From Podarcis erhardii (taxonomy: Eukaryota): DNA of 64,000 nucleotides. Shown one piece after another: positions 23,147-35,942 of this stretch. A model generated the notes under the pieces. It saw nothing but the letters and a program-made list of their open reading frames with translations, searched no databases and had not been told where the DNA came from. Position numbers and translations under genes: made by a program. Position 1 is the first letter of the stretch, and every line of letters begins with the position of its first letter. The stretch lies in NCBI GenBank assembly GCA_964252035.1, contig OZ176201.1. One strand, given 5' to 3'.

Positions 23147-25012
23147 TTATAAACAATGATCATTGTCTTCATTCATGATGTTGACATTGTTCCATCAAAC
23201 AGTGTAAGAAAAACAGATGTTGTGTTGCTGTTCCCTTCGGTGAGATTCTGAGAATTGCTTAAGGGGTTTTACATGCTCAACAGCAAGAAGAGAAGGACCT
23301 TCCAGGCTCTCTCCACCACGGGAACCCTTCAAAACCCACAACAATTTCACTCTGCCAGAGTCAGTTGAGGATGTTCTATCACATCCCTGATATTTAGGGG
23401 TGGTGTGTGTTCCTCTGGCTTTGAAGCATGGGACCTGTGTGAAGTGTGATTGGGAAATAAGGGAGAGGTGGCAGAATTTTTACAAGCCACATGCTGGATG
23501 AAAATCAGAGGCTTAGCAGAGAGGAAGGAGTCCTTGCAAAGTGATGAATAGTTAATGCATTTTTAACGTTGATGAGCTACAGGCAGGAACTGCAACTGTG
23601 TGGTTAATGGGCAACAGCAGGTGGAACAGGTGAATCCCAGGCCAGTGTACCGTGTCCAATGAGCCATGAAAGGCACCTGGACCATATTGTTCTAGAGTCA
23701 GAGAGCTGCCCCTTGATACGAAGGTGTTTGTCGGACTGGTCATTATCCAAAATCACTTCCAAAAGAAGGCAGACAGCTTCTGACAAGCAGGCTGAGGCAG
23801 AATAAGTGAAGAGAGCACGGGGGCATTGTGTGGAATGCTACAGAACAAGCGCTGATCTGGGAATGCTCATGTGTAATTTAGCTGTTTAAAGGTTAAACAT
23901 TCTTTAATGGCCCTTGACCTGCTGTCAGTCATCTCAAGTTAGTTGCGGCTGAACTAAATTGCAACAACCTTATCGGGAGGGACTCCCTGTCCCATAACAA
24001 TTATGGGAAAGAAACCCACATCATTTGGCTGTTTTGAGTGGTCATTCCTATTACTATATTAGTTGTAAACTTTGAGGCAAGATTTCTGTTTTGTACACTT
24101 GGATTTTGCCAGATAGCACAGTTCCAAAACTCACAATATGTGAACATTTGCCTGATTCTCAACTGGCGTCCTGGTGAAGTGGATATACTTGTGATTGGAT
24201 AGGTGCAAAATTGCATACTCTTGACAGGTTAGTGTGCCTCATGTAGCAGACATCTCATGATGATAGCAGGTCTAGCCCACAGGGACAATGGGGAGAGTGG
24301 GGAGAAGCTATGGGTCAGAAATGACTTAGCCATGACAGATATTGCTTTGCATTGGTCTATCATGGGTTGGTGGAGGGTCCAAATTTGTGTGACTTGAGCC
24401 TGAGGGAGGTCCTCATCAAATTCAAACTGCTTCAACCTCTCGGCTCATAGTCATTTCTTGTTTTTGTCCCAGTGAATTACAACACTCCAGGAAGCCTCTC
24501 TCGTTTAGCTGTTCACAGGGCGCAGACCGAGCAGGGGCCTGAGGAAACTGTTTCCCTTGTTAAAATAAAGGCATTAGTTTAATATGTACCAGGAGAGGAT
24601 AGGGAGTTCTCTTGTTAAATGTTTACCAATCAAATCCTGATGAGGACTTGCTTAGAGTAATTCGGCTTTAAGCTGTGGCCTGTCATTCTTGGCAAGCATT
24701 CTCACAGGGCCATGCAGACCAATTATCAAGGTTGGAGGCAAGCAGAGCATTAATACTTAGACTGTAGTATCTTTGCTTAGTAGCAAATACCACTTTAAAA
24801 TGGATGAACCATGATAAATACAGATATTTTCACTCTATCTATAGAATATCTGTAGCTCTTCACTTTTGAAGACTTATATCTGAAGATATAGACAAGATGT
24901 AAGCCACATCTACCTTCAAGAGATTAAATTAAACAGAGAAATGCATTGTCTGCTGAATGATAAGAGTTTGTGTCAATGACACATGACAGAATGTATTATC
25001 CTAATTCCTATA

Positions 25013-25233
25013 CAGTGGTACCTCAAGTTATAGACTTTTCAGGTTACATTCGCTTCAGGTTACAGACTCCGCTAACCCAGAAATAGTACCTCGGGTTAAG
25101 AACTTTGCTTCAGGGTGAGAACAGAAATTAGCCTGAGGCCCCATTAGCTAAAGTAGTACCTCAGGTTAAGAACAGTTTCAGGTTAATAACAGACCTCCAG
25201 AACAAATTAAGTTCTTAACCCAAGGTACCACTG
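25013..25233. mobile_element. Tc1/mariner MITE
   Basis: TA-CAGTGGTACCTC...AAGGTACCACTG-TA; sibling in opposite orientation at 35701-35942. Confidence 0.88.
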
Positions 25234-25334
25234 TAGTGCATAATGTGCTTGAAGGGAACCACAGGTAGCTATAGGGAGAATGGCTTTATATAATACTGTT
25301 TCGTAGATGGAAGAGTGCCCTAGGTGGCTAGTAG

Positions 25335-25335
<1 letters not shown>

Positions 25336-25383
<48 letters not shown>
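25336..25383. repeat. (CA)n microsatellite
   Basis: Seen directly. Other (CA)n runs at about 21672-21695, 33192-33224 and 63883-63926. Confidence 0.95.
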
Positions 25384-25385
<2 letters not shown>

Positions 25386-26254
25386 TAGCTATAGCATGGT
25401 GGTGGTTGTCAGGTTAGACAGGAATTTATCTTGTGTGGCAATGACAAACCAAAGCATGCAAAGGACTGATACTCCAAAAGCTGAAATTTAGTATGGTCTC
25501 CCAGATTGGAGTATCAAAAAAGTAGGGCACCTATCTGGATCAAAGTCCCAATGTCTTTCAATGCAGGCTTTTAAAATTCTAACTGAAAGAACCACAGACT
25601 TCCCCAAGCTGAAGTGTTCTTCCATCCAGGACCTTGAACCTCCATTTTCTTCTCCAACCCTCCTAACCCAAAAGGTAGTATTACTAGGAAAGTCCTCACA
25701 AGACAGCCTGATGGAAAATGGCATTCCTGACTCACAGCCCTATTAAATTCTATAAACAGTAAAATTAAAGACACACAAATTAATGTTAAGGATGCCGTTC
25801 CCTCAATATGGATTTGAGAGACCCCAAATATAATAACTAAGTAAATAGGGCTAACCCTTTAAAATAAACAGGCAGCCTGGGCCTTGCCTGATGTCTACTC
25901 CTGCAGCCTAGCCAAAATGCCTTCCAAAGCCCTGGAAGATTTCTTCCCTTCATTTCTGCATTTCCTGCCCCTACCCTAAGCCAGCACACAATAACTTGAA
26001 TGGGGCACTGAGTGGGACCCCAGATTATGGCTGCCCAGTGGCACTTGGGAGCCCCAGAAGCCACATCCGAGGCTACGTCCAAGGCCCCGTGAGGCCTCAG
26101 ACACGACTTCCTGTGCTGTGCAAGGACCTGGAAGTCACGTCTGAGGCCCCATGGGGCAAATGCCAAGCACCCACAACAAAAATTTTGTGAGTGCCTGAGC
26201 ACCTAGAGCTCCCTATAGTTGGCGCCAGTGAAGTTGAAAATCTGGAATATCTAA

Positions 26255-26465
26255 CAGACTTTCCAAGTGTCCCTATTTTCCTGGGTCAGTCCTAGATTTA
26301 CAGATTTGTTCCTGGAATGTCCCACTTTTCCCTAGGACGTCCCTTTTTTCATCGCAGAAGTGTTGGAGGGTATGGAGTTATACAACACCCCAAGTCAAGG
26401 AGATGAGTAACTATACAACCTTTGGAAGACATGTGAAGGCAGCCTTCATCCGAGAAATGTTGGGG
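26255..26465. mobile_element. Non-autonomous DNA transposon fragment, same family as 42737-43072
   Basis: Shared TCCAAGTGTCCCTATTTTCC...GGACGTCCC...GAAATGTTGG blocks. Confidence 0.6.
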
Positions 26466-27956
26466 CATTCAAGTATAATAAAGCCATATGGGTTGTGTAG
26501 GCATAGATTTTCCTTAAAAGAAATCCTAATCACACATTCTAGAGAAGAACATGAAAAGCATATAAACTGGGCAGAATTAAAAGCTTACTTGGGGGGAGGT
26601 GGAGAAATTTCCTCACATTTTATCTGTTTAACACATGCCCTATATTCCTCAATTCGTGTTTGTTGTTCACTTTTGTGGGAACAAATACACATTTTCTCCA
26701 GATCTAAGCATCTGAAAATGGTGGTGAATCTATTGCTTGCAGTACTCATTAAAACCACTTGTTTTTGTCAAAACAAACCAGCTTGGAGAGAGTTTGGTAG
26801 CCTAGCTGGCAGTTCATCATGGCTTCTTGCACTTTCTTAGGTATGAGGGTTTACAGTTATATAAAACTTAATGAATCAGTATACTTTAGATTTCCTTCCT
26901 CATACATATGGGTTCAATTAACGTCCCTGTTTGCTTATTTAAGTGTTTTCATTAAATTGCTTTACTGTATTTTCCCCTGCAACTGAAAGGGAACATGGCG
27001 GAGCTTATGCCTTCTGTCATCATCTTTTTAAGCTGAGCTTGTCCTTTGTTCCAGTGCTTTTCCATATAAAAGCGCCTGCCTTTATTAGGGGGCTGCAGTG
27101 TGCCTTGCATGCTCAGATCTGCACTGCAGATGCATGGATAAAAGCTCTGTGCATGGGTGCTCAGGGGTGCTCATAGTTTGCACGTAAGCATTACCTAGTA
27201 GTTTATAAACCTTTTACAAGAACAAGTTTTGCTTCCCTTCCCTTCCCTCCCACAGCTCTGCCCCCAGCCTCACAACTGCTTCTGATGTGCCAATCTCTCC
27301 CTTACTATGTCTTGTTTAAGTGACATTCAAGGGTAGAGTTGTAGCTTAGTAGTAAACCATCTCCCACATATGCAGAAGTTACTTACTTGGTACCCCACTT
27401 ACCTGGGATTAATCCCCAGTGCTTCTGAACTGACTTCCAAATAGGCATGGTTAGGCTTATACTGTTAATTAACTTTACCAAACCCCACACCCTTTAGATC
27501 TAGTCCCCTAATGTAAGGGTGTGTGTTTCTCCCTAGCTGTTGATAGATTTGGGACAGGGAATCTGAGGTTCAGTAGTTATGTCTTCTTCCATCAGTCTGG
27601 TCCTTTGGGATCTGCACTTCCGATCTTGTGGCTGCCATGGATGAAGAAGGAGGAGGCAGAGGAGGAGGAGAAGGAGAAGTTGGCGCTGGGCTTAGCAACT
27701 ATCTTTAGAATCCCATCTGCCTATGTAGAGAGGACTTGAAATTTTCTTCCAAATGCTCATTTAACCACCATATTTTCCGAGAAAAGCTTATAAACGTGGC
27801 TTCAGGGTCCTCTAAAAGTTGTTAAAAATCATAAGGTAAATTTGAAGGGAGGGAATGAGTTTATTAGTTTTGAAAATTCTGTGTACTGCTGTAACTACTC
27901 TCATGATATTTGAAAGCCTGAGATATGATGTTTAAACATGTGGTGTTAACAATACC

Positions 27957-28151
27957 GTTTACCTCCCCGCCACAGCAGTACCTATTTATCTATTTGCACT
28001 GGTGTGCTTTTGAACTGCTAGGTTGGCAGGAGCTGGGACAGAGCAACAGCAGCTCACCCTGTCACACAGATTCGAACCAACGACCTTCCTATCAGCAAGC
28101 CCAAGAGGCTCAGTGGTTCCATCCAGGAGTCATTCACCTTTTACCTTAACC
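27957..28151. mobile_element. Sauria SINE insertion with inverted 5' half and forward tail
   Basis: 11-bp TSD TTAACAATACC (27946-27956, 28152-28162). 27957-28118 is the reverse complement of the SINE 5' half; 28119-28151 is a forward (TTTACC)n-type tail. Confidence 0.75.
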
Positions 28152-28239
28152 TTAACAATACCCCGGGGCTCACAGAACCTGCTCCAATACCATCTCTCAT
28201 TTTGGATACAAGGTTTTATTCTATGCTGTTGTTTGTGAT

Positions 28240-28548
28240 GAATAGTGGGTGGCACTGTGGGTTAAACCACAGAGCCTAGGACTTGCCAATCAGAAGGTTG
28301 GCAGTTCGAATCCCCGTGATGGGGTGAGCTCCTGTTGCTCGGTCCCTGCTCCTGCCAACCTAGCAGTTCGAAAGCACCTCAATGTGCAAGTAGATAAATA
28401 GGTACCGCTCTGGCGGGAAGGTAAACGGCGTTTCCGTTTCCTGCTCTGGTTTTCCAGAAGCAGCTTAGTCATGCTGGCCACATGACCCGGAAGCTGTATG
28501 CTGGCTCCCTCGGCCAATAAAGCAAGATGAGTGCCGCAACCCCAGAGC
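28240..28548 (+). mobile_element. Sauria SINE (3'-truncated)
   Basis: tRNA-like head GGGTGGCACTGTGGGTTAAACCAC...GTTCGAATCCC with A/B-box motifs; body nearly colinear with copies at 34061 and 48158. Confidence 0.9.
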
Positions 28549-28782
28549 GGCTGGGGATCTATGTGCAACTCTGCATATTCTGCAACTATCTCCATTATCC
28601 AAATACTCACTGCTTTTTAATCTTCCTCTGTAAAACTAAATTATGTTAATTTAGGAAGAACTACTGTAGCTGTTTTGGCAGTTGCTAAAAATGTGTGCCA
28701 TGAATTTGGAAATCTGCGGTCAAACTATCCCAACCCTTGGAGCAGCCACAGCAGTCACACCAGCTGAAGGCCTAAGTATCCT

Positions 28783-28916
28783 AGAATCATAGAGTTGGAA
28801 GGGACCCTGAGGGTCATCTAGTCCAACCTCCTGCAATGCAGGAATATGCAGCTGTCCCTTATGGGAATCAAACCTGCAACCCTGGTGTTATCAGTACCAC
28901 ACTCCAACCAACTGGG
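28783..28916 (-). mobile_element. POM/Squam2-type SINE (tRNA-Ile head, CR1-like tail)
   Basis: Reverse complement reads CAGTTGGTTGGAGTGTGGTACTGATAACACCAGGGTTGCAGGTTTGATTCCC...GGTTGGACTAGATGACCCTCAGGGTCCCTTCCAACTCTATGATTCT. Confidence 0.85.
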
Positions 28917-29429
28917 ATGCTCTTTGAACGCCTTGGGAAAGTGCTAGAAACATACCAAGTATTAGTAATAACTTGTATCTAAATTACAAAACCTTTAAAC
29001 AAGCCTTAAATGCCTTATCTGCTATCTCTTTATGAAGTCTCTACCCTTGATTCTTTGTCTCAGCTGTTGCGGCAACACAATGCTTGTCAAATAAGCGGCC
29101 CAGCCATCTACAATTTAAAATACATGCTTGTATGGACTAAGTTCATCGCCCCTTTCATAATCAAGGGATATTCTTTTTCTTATCTTACCTGTCCTTCAGA
29201 TAAAGGCCAGTTATCCCATCCTTACTTTCATCTAACAGCACTGGTCTTTGTTCATAGATAGATCTTAATGATTTGTTTGAGACAATGGCCATGCTTAGCA
29301 TAATAAAATTGTCCCCTTGAACCCTGGGCTGATAGAGCTAAGCACATGTCTTCTCTGTAGCTATTCTTCCAGTTCTGTGATTCTATTATTCTGTTGCTAT
29401 GTCAGTATAATAGCAATCATACGTTACTT

Positions 29430-29562
29430 TAGTGCTATTCTAGAAAAAGAGGTGCTGGAACTCACCATTAACACCTCCCTCATTCTCTTCGAATGGCAAT
29501 GACACCCATCTGAGAGGTGCTGGAACTGAGTTCCTGTGAGTTCCAGCTGAAGAAAAGCCCTG
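29430..29562. mobile_element. hAT MITE, sibling of 6807-6927 in opposite orientation
   Basis: CTAGAAAAAGAGGTGC...GAGAGGTGCTGGAACTGAG...AAAAGCCCTG; degenerate GTTAC-containing TSD. Confidence 0.7.
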
Positions 29563-31576
29563 GTTACATGTAACATTTTCCCTTGGTGAGATTTCATCTG
29601 ATGATAGCATCTTTTCCTGTTGGGGTGGAGGACCGATGACTGCGGTCAGCCCCTAGAAATTAATGGGATCCCAAGGATTCCTGTGTGCTCCGGAGATTTT
29701 CTGGTTGCATGTCTGATGCTCCCATCAAGGCTCTGACCTCACTATGGAATGAAGAGATGGAAAACACTGTTGATAGGATGGCCCCTAAGTAGGGAACAAA
29801 GAATCTGTTAATTTCAGTTCTGTCAGTTTCTAATTTTCCAATCTTAAATTGAGTTCTCCGGTTTTCTGCAGCAGTTTGGCTATTCCAGGAATTAGAAAAG
29901 TCTTGGTATATAACCTACCCCCCACCCTCCGCAAATCATAACACTACAAAACCCAAGAATTCTAGTTCCAGAGTGAGCAATGGTCTGTTAGATAGCAAAT
30001 ATTGGTCATGGGGAAAATCCATTGAGGGGTTGTTGTTTTTCATCGTAAGTGAATACGGTTCCAAATTTCACTCCAAACACCCTACATTTTCTCCTCCAAA
30101 TTGATAGAAATATATATTTTAAAACCCCAGACTTTCCCATCTAAGGTGGGGAGCAAGATTGCCAGAATCTTTGAGCTTGTCTGAAGTGATATGATATAGT
30201 AAACATGTATTCATTTACCAGTGATGCACACTGAACTAGTAAAATGCATGCACAGCTGATGGGTCTATGTGCCTGTTTCTAGTCAAATAATTGGCAAGAG
30301 CCCTGATCAGCTGTTCTGGGGTAGGGGACTAAATCCAGCCTTCTGTTTCCCACTCCCTAACAGCTGATCAACAGTGTCACTTATTTTATGGCCAAGGCTG
30401 TGTCCTGGCAGCTGAATCAGGGCAGGGACTATACACACAGCACCCCTTTGTGCACATAGTTTTTCATCCAGCGACAGGTATTTGCATGGAAGTCCCCTAG
30501 CTGGGATGTACGAGAGTGATGTAGGCTTATCCTATGTAAGAAGTATGGTCAAAGTAAACTAATTCATGTTTAAATATGTGTTAACTCCTGTCTACCTACG
30601 AGTGTTATTTGACATGTTTAAAATGTATAGTTAAACCACATTAATTCCTTATGGAGCCATTCAGCAGTCAAATCTACTATCGTGCTGTTATTAAACAAAC
30701 AAAATGTCTCGCACAAAATGTCTGGGAAGACTTGAAAACAAGCAGTTAGAGGGAGATCCCTCCCTATTAAATCAGATATGAGTTTAACCATAACAGGAGT
30801 TTTAGTTATTTGCCTAAATTTAAATTGGGGCTTACATCAGACCCAGAAAAAGACGTCCGCTGAACTTGATCAAAACCATTATACAAACTTCTTTTTTTAA
30901 AAAACTCTAACAAGGAAAACTACTGACGAGACTGCGTTATCCGATTAATCATCCATTTGAATTTGATGGTATTCGTAAGACTTACAAAAAAATGTTCTTC
31001 CTAACTTTGTTCACTTTCAGCAGTGACAACTTCTCCGCGGTAATGATTGTAAAGTAAAATAAAGGTTGAGACTGCCACCTTCTGCCTCATCAAAGCCTGA
31101 TTCACACAGTTGAAATTCAGCAATGCTGTTATGTCTTCATGTGCTCCATACTAGACATACGGTGCACTGTGGGATACAGTTCTTCCCTCTCAAAGGGGTA
31201 GAAGGGTTGTGGATGTTGTGGGGAGAGGAGCTTGCTGGCTTATAATGTTTATAAAGCTCCCAAATTTCAAACATGTGAGCAACTTCAGTCTGCCACAGAG
31301 TGTGTCCACACATGCAGGCAGCCTCTCTCTTATCTTCAGAGGCAGTGCTTCTTTTAAGGGAAACCTGAATAAAGTAAACAAATGAGCACAGGATTGATTC
31401 TTCTGCCCTTAACCTAAAATGGCCAGTTGGTACACTCTAGCAGTTCTTTAGTACTCTAAGCTCAGCCACAGAAATATGAGCGATGGTCACAGTGAATCTC
31501 TGGAACTGCTCACAACTCTGAACTTTTCCCCCAAATGCACCCATCCTGCCTAGCTACACAGGCCTCTTTTTAGGAG

Positions 31577-31750
31577 CACAGGAAACTGCCTTATATCAAG
31601 TCGTATTGTTGATTTATCTAGCTCAGTGTTGTCTACGCTGACTGACAGTAACCTGCCTTTCCCATCTCTTATCTGGAAATACCAGGGACTGAATGAACCT
31701 TGTACCTCTTGAATGCAACACATGTCCTCTATCAATGACTTACTGTCCTT
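31577..31750 (-). mobile_element. Degraded tRNA-derived SINE (same family as the 15092-15820 host)
   Basis: GGAAACTGCCTTATATCAAG...CTAGCTCAGTGTTGTCTAC...CTGGAAATACCAGGGACTGAA. Confidence 0.6.
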
Positions 31751-33187
31751 CGCCCTTCCTAGGGCTCAGCTCATGAATTACCTGACTGACTAGCTTAAAA
31801 ACATTATTTGATCTCTCTTCACTCACTTTCACTCTTCTTCAGACAGAGAGCGCTTGTTTCCTTCATTTTGCCCTGTTAGCAGCCAGCTGTCGGTGTTAAA
31901 TGTCAGGCCTGACTCATACACGGCTCTGTCCAGGTTGATGCTCAAGCCACGACATTTTGTAACAAGCAGATTGTTGAATATGGAGGTGGTAGAGTATGAG
32001 TGTATTATTTCTGAGGCTAAAGTAGAATTGGTGGGCATTGCTTGCTCCACTCATTGCCTTTACATTCAATTCATACTGGCTTCTTTTTATTTTTAAGTCA
32101 CCACATAATGCCTCTGTGTTCAGATGATGTTTGAGGTGAGATTGCGGGTCAGACATTCTGAGGTAAACCATGGGTGTCAAACAGCTCTTTAGATCTTACT
32201 GCAATCCCTTATTAATGAAGTATTGAGTGAGGGAACACATTTGATTAATTTTCCCTTTTCCTAGAGTCTACACCAAATATGAGGACACGGTAGTTAATAT
32301 AGCTAATGCAGCATAGTGGCTAAAAGCCTGAACTATGGACCTGGAAGTCCCCACCAGAGCTGCAAACTGTAAGCAGTGAAAGCTTGCAACACGATGGGGT
32401 GAGGGGTGAGGGATGGTGGTGGGAAAATGAAGTACTTGTGGGACTGAGTGTGGGTATGTCTGAATATTCTTAAGGATTGTATGAAATGTATGTTTGTATA
32501 TTTGTAACATATATGTATTAATGTTGAATTATTTCAATAATAAAAATTATTTTTAAAAAAGTAAGCAGTGAAAGCTTTGGGGATGAAAAGGTTTTGGGGG
32601 GATGTTGCAAAATGCAATATGCCTTTTGGGTTTGTTTGTTTTTTGTGTGTGGCTCACTGCTGCCTCCATGTTTCCACCTTAAAAATAGGACCAACCTTTA
32701 ACTTGAATCCAAAGGGAGGAAATTTCCTCTGAGCTAATAGAGCTGTGCTCAGCCAGCCTAAGAGTGTGAATTTCACTTATTTTTTTTCCAACTTGAAACA
32801 AGGCATGCATTTTAAAAATTAAGCCTACTATACAATGAAACACATACCTCTTTGGAAAGTGTCTGTTCCTGATGCCTCCAATTGTAGAATCCAAGCTTTT
32901 TCGGGGGGGGGGGGTGTCAGAATATGCATTTTTTGGTTTTTCAGAAATGATCTCTCAAACACGCTATAAATAGACCTTGAACACTTGTCTCATTGCAAAA
33001 TGAAAATCGTTTGCTTTGAATAGGTTTCAGAATGGCTCAGATACAATATCTTGTGGAGCAAAGATGTGGATCAGTTTGGAAATGTAGACACCGGCTTGGC
33101 CTAATCCCTCCCAGCTGCTTTGCTTTGTTTTTGCCCCCAGAAAGAGCCCCTAAAAGTCTTCTCTGTAATCCTGCAAGCTGAAATTCA

Positions 33188-33226
<39 letters not shown>

Positions 33227-34060
33227 AAGCTTTGAGCCTCAGGCTTTGGATGTGGGGAACAGGGAAGGAAGAGGTTCACCTCTCCACCACTCCCAAGGTG
33301 GTAAAACTCCTTTCAATTTAAGGGGAGAGCCCCCAGAATCCAATTCACATAAGTGCACTAAGAGCAGAGCTTTCAAAGTCCACTACTCTAAACAGACAAT
33401 CGATAGCTTTGAGATTTTTCACTAAGTAGTCATCTTTCTGTTGCTGTTGACAACAAGGACCTTGTTTCTGGTTTCTGTTTCAGCTTATAGCAGTGAAGTT
33501 TAGCTCGGGCATCAACCTGACTGGCAAGCCAAGTTTCACACACGGTTCTGATTGTGAACCCTAAACAGCCATGTATGTCGTAGGCTCTGCTACCTTTAGA
33601 TGTATCCCAAGAAGAATTTATGATCCTTTCCTAAGTGTTTCCCATAGGATTTCTCTCCAGCTCCATCCTTCCAAACGCGGGTAAGCGATAGGAATTCTAC
33701 AGGCTGTTCTTTGCCCTTTTACATTTGGTGTTATAGCAACTGAATCAGCAGCTATTCATTGTGTGATGAATTACCTGAGCTGCTTGGCCTCTTGATACTT
33801 CATTGGTCCAAAAGCTTTTAGGGTTTATTTTCAGTTTTATGACACTTTTCAAATGCAGGGTTTGGGTGTTTTTTCTAATCCCCTCACCCCTGCATATGTA
33901 GGCAAAAAAATAATAAAAAATTAGCAAACAGAATTCTTTGGCCTGGAAAAGAGGAAAAACTGAAAACTGAAAAACAGAAGCAGGAAATGGAGGGTCATAG
34001 CTCATGCACATGTCTCATTTATACTGAGCAATAATGGTTCTGTGATGTTTACATGAGCTT

Positions 34061-34388
34061 AAAGGTAAAGGGGCCCCTGACCATCAGGTCCAGTCGTGAC
34101 TGACTCTGGGGTTGCGGCACTCATCTCGCTTTACCGGCCAAGGGAGCCGGCGTACAGCTTCCGGGTCATGTGGCCAGCATGACTAAGCTGCTTCCGAGCA
34201 GCACACAGAAACGCCGTTTACCTTCCCGCCGGAGCGGTACCTATTTTTCTACTTGCACTTTGACATGCTTTCAAACTGCTAGGTTGACAGGAGCTGGGAC
34301 CAAGCAATGGGAGCTCACCCCGTCGTGGGGATTCGAACCGCCGACCTTCTGATTGGCATGTCCTAGGCTCTGTGGTTTAACCCACAGC
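34061..34388 (-). mobile_element. Sauria SINE, near full length
   Basis: AAAGGTAAAGGG tail; reverse-complement body and head match the 48158-48499 copy. Confidence 0.92.
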
Positions 34389-34542
34389 TTAGTGGATGCT
34401 AGATAATGGCAACAAAAAGGTGGGGTATTATTTTTCTGGTCTTGTAGCAAGGGAGGGGAGGAGGAATTTGATTCAGTTCACATTTAAAGGGGAGCTTCAT
34501 AATTTGCATTTTCCAAAACAACTTGAGGATCTAAACACAACC

Positions 34543-34960
34543 TGCCATGGACTGGCTGGATGAAGGGGGGTGGTAGGCACCAGCCAGGGAATCACTTAGG
34601 GAACTCCCAGTGGGAGGAGGCTCAGAGCCAGGAGACTGGTGGTGGGATGATGATGATGAGTGGTCAGAGGGAGAAGAAGGAGCAGACTGGGAGGAGGAGG
34701 TAGAGGGCAGTCCGAGGCAGAAGCAGGGCTGGGGAGGAGTGGGATCAGGAGGCAAAGAGGCTGGCTGTGGAAGAAGCCAAGGGGTCTACCCCTCCAGTTG
34801 TAACCAGCTACCCTCTTCCCTGCTCTCCTAGAACATGCAGAGAAATGAAACGGGCAGAGAAGAACGGAGTTGTGCGCAGACTCTTTGTTCTGAGGGCACC
34901 ATCATATGAGCGAAACTCTGCTCATGGAACTTGGCTCCAGCCCACTGACTTAGAAAGAGT
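34543..34960 (+). mobile_element. LTR-like (Gypsy-type) fragment, purine-rich
   Basis: Starts TGCCATGGACTGGCTGGATG and continues with GA-rich GGTGGTGGGATGATGAT...GGAGCAGACTGGGAGGAGG text recalled from lacertid LTRs. No matching 3' CA end or TSD found; right boundary uncertain. Confidence 0.45.
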
Positions 34961-35700
34961 TTGAGCCATAATAATTTTTTAATACACTAATACTAATGGC
35001 AAAAACGAAGCTCTCTGCGCAGAGTGAAGGTCAAGTTCTGCGTGAAGAATGTTGGTTACGGCACCACCTGAAATGCCAAACTGTGAGTAATGAGGGTAAT
35101 TGATGGGTGCAGTGTTCTCACAACAGGCAGACTCTGGAAAACTGGAGGGCTTTCCTTGTTGTTACAATAACATCACCAATAAAGAGCCAGGGTTTTGCAC
35201 ACACTGTACTTGCAAGTGACGGGAAGCACTAAGGCACCAGCTCCGTTCCAAGACAACATGTGTGATATCTGTTTGGCAAGTGCTACAACATGTGTTCTCT
35301 CTTCTGTTTGACTTTTCAAAGCACTAATGGCCTTACGAGTCAGAGGCCTGCCATTGATTTAAATGGATTCTGGACCAATGCCATAAATTCGTGACTCAAC
35401 ATAGACGTTTCCACCTCAGACCTTGCCGTGGTCCTTTGCAATGACAGTTATTGATGCACAAGGTTAGGGCTATTCATGCAATAACAAATATCTCTTTGGT
35501 AAGTTCCAACAACACTATCTCTGTTTAACATTGAAATAGTGTTGAATGGCTGCATGTTATCAGTAAAAATAAAGGGATTTTTTCTATTCTTAAGCCCTCT
35601 GTACTACTATATCCCAGTGCTTCTTTTATTGCTGCTGGTTGGAGGAGAGACGAAGGGCTGGAATTAATATTGCAATTAACCATTATGAAGAAAGGACATA

Positions 35701-35942
35701 CAATGGTACCTCGGGTTAAGTACTTAATTCGTTCCGGAGGTCCATTCTTAACCTGAAACTGTTCTTAACCTGAAGCACCACTTTAGCTAATGGGGCCTCC
35801 TGCTGCTGCCGCGCCACCAGAGCATGATTTCTGTTCTTATCCTGAAACAAAGTTCTTAACCTGAAGCACTATTTCTGGGTTAGCGGAGTGTGTAACCTGA
35901 AGCGTATGTAACCTGAAGTGTATGTAATCCGAGGTACCACTG
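35701..35942. mobile_element. Tc1/mariner MITE
   Basis: TA-CAATGGTACCTCGG...CCGAGGTACCACTG-TA; same family as 25013-25233. Confidence 0.88.

Noticed and set aside
23186-23250. HCSIKQCKKNRCC, a defensin-like Cys pattern
   Set aside because: Only four Cys, an in-frame stop directly upstream and no phase-compatible link to a signal exon.
34610-34831. Acidic, Trp-rich 73-aa ORF (WWWDDDDEWSEGEE)
   Set aside because: Translation of purine-rich LTR-like repeat sequence.
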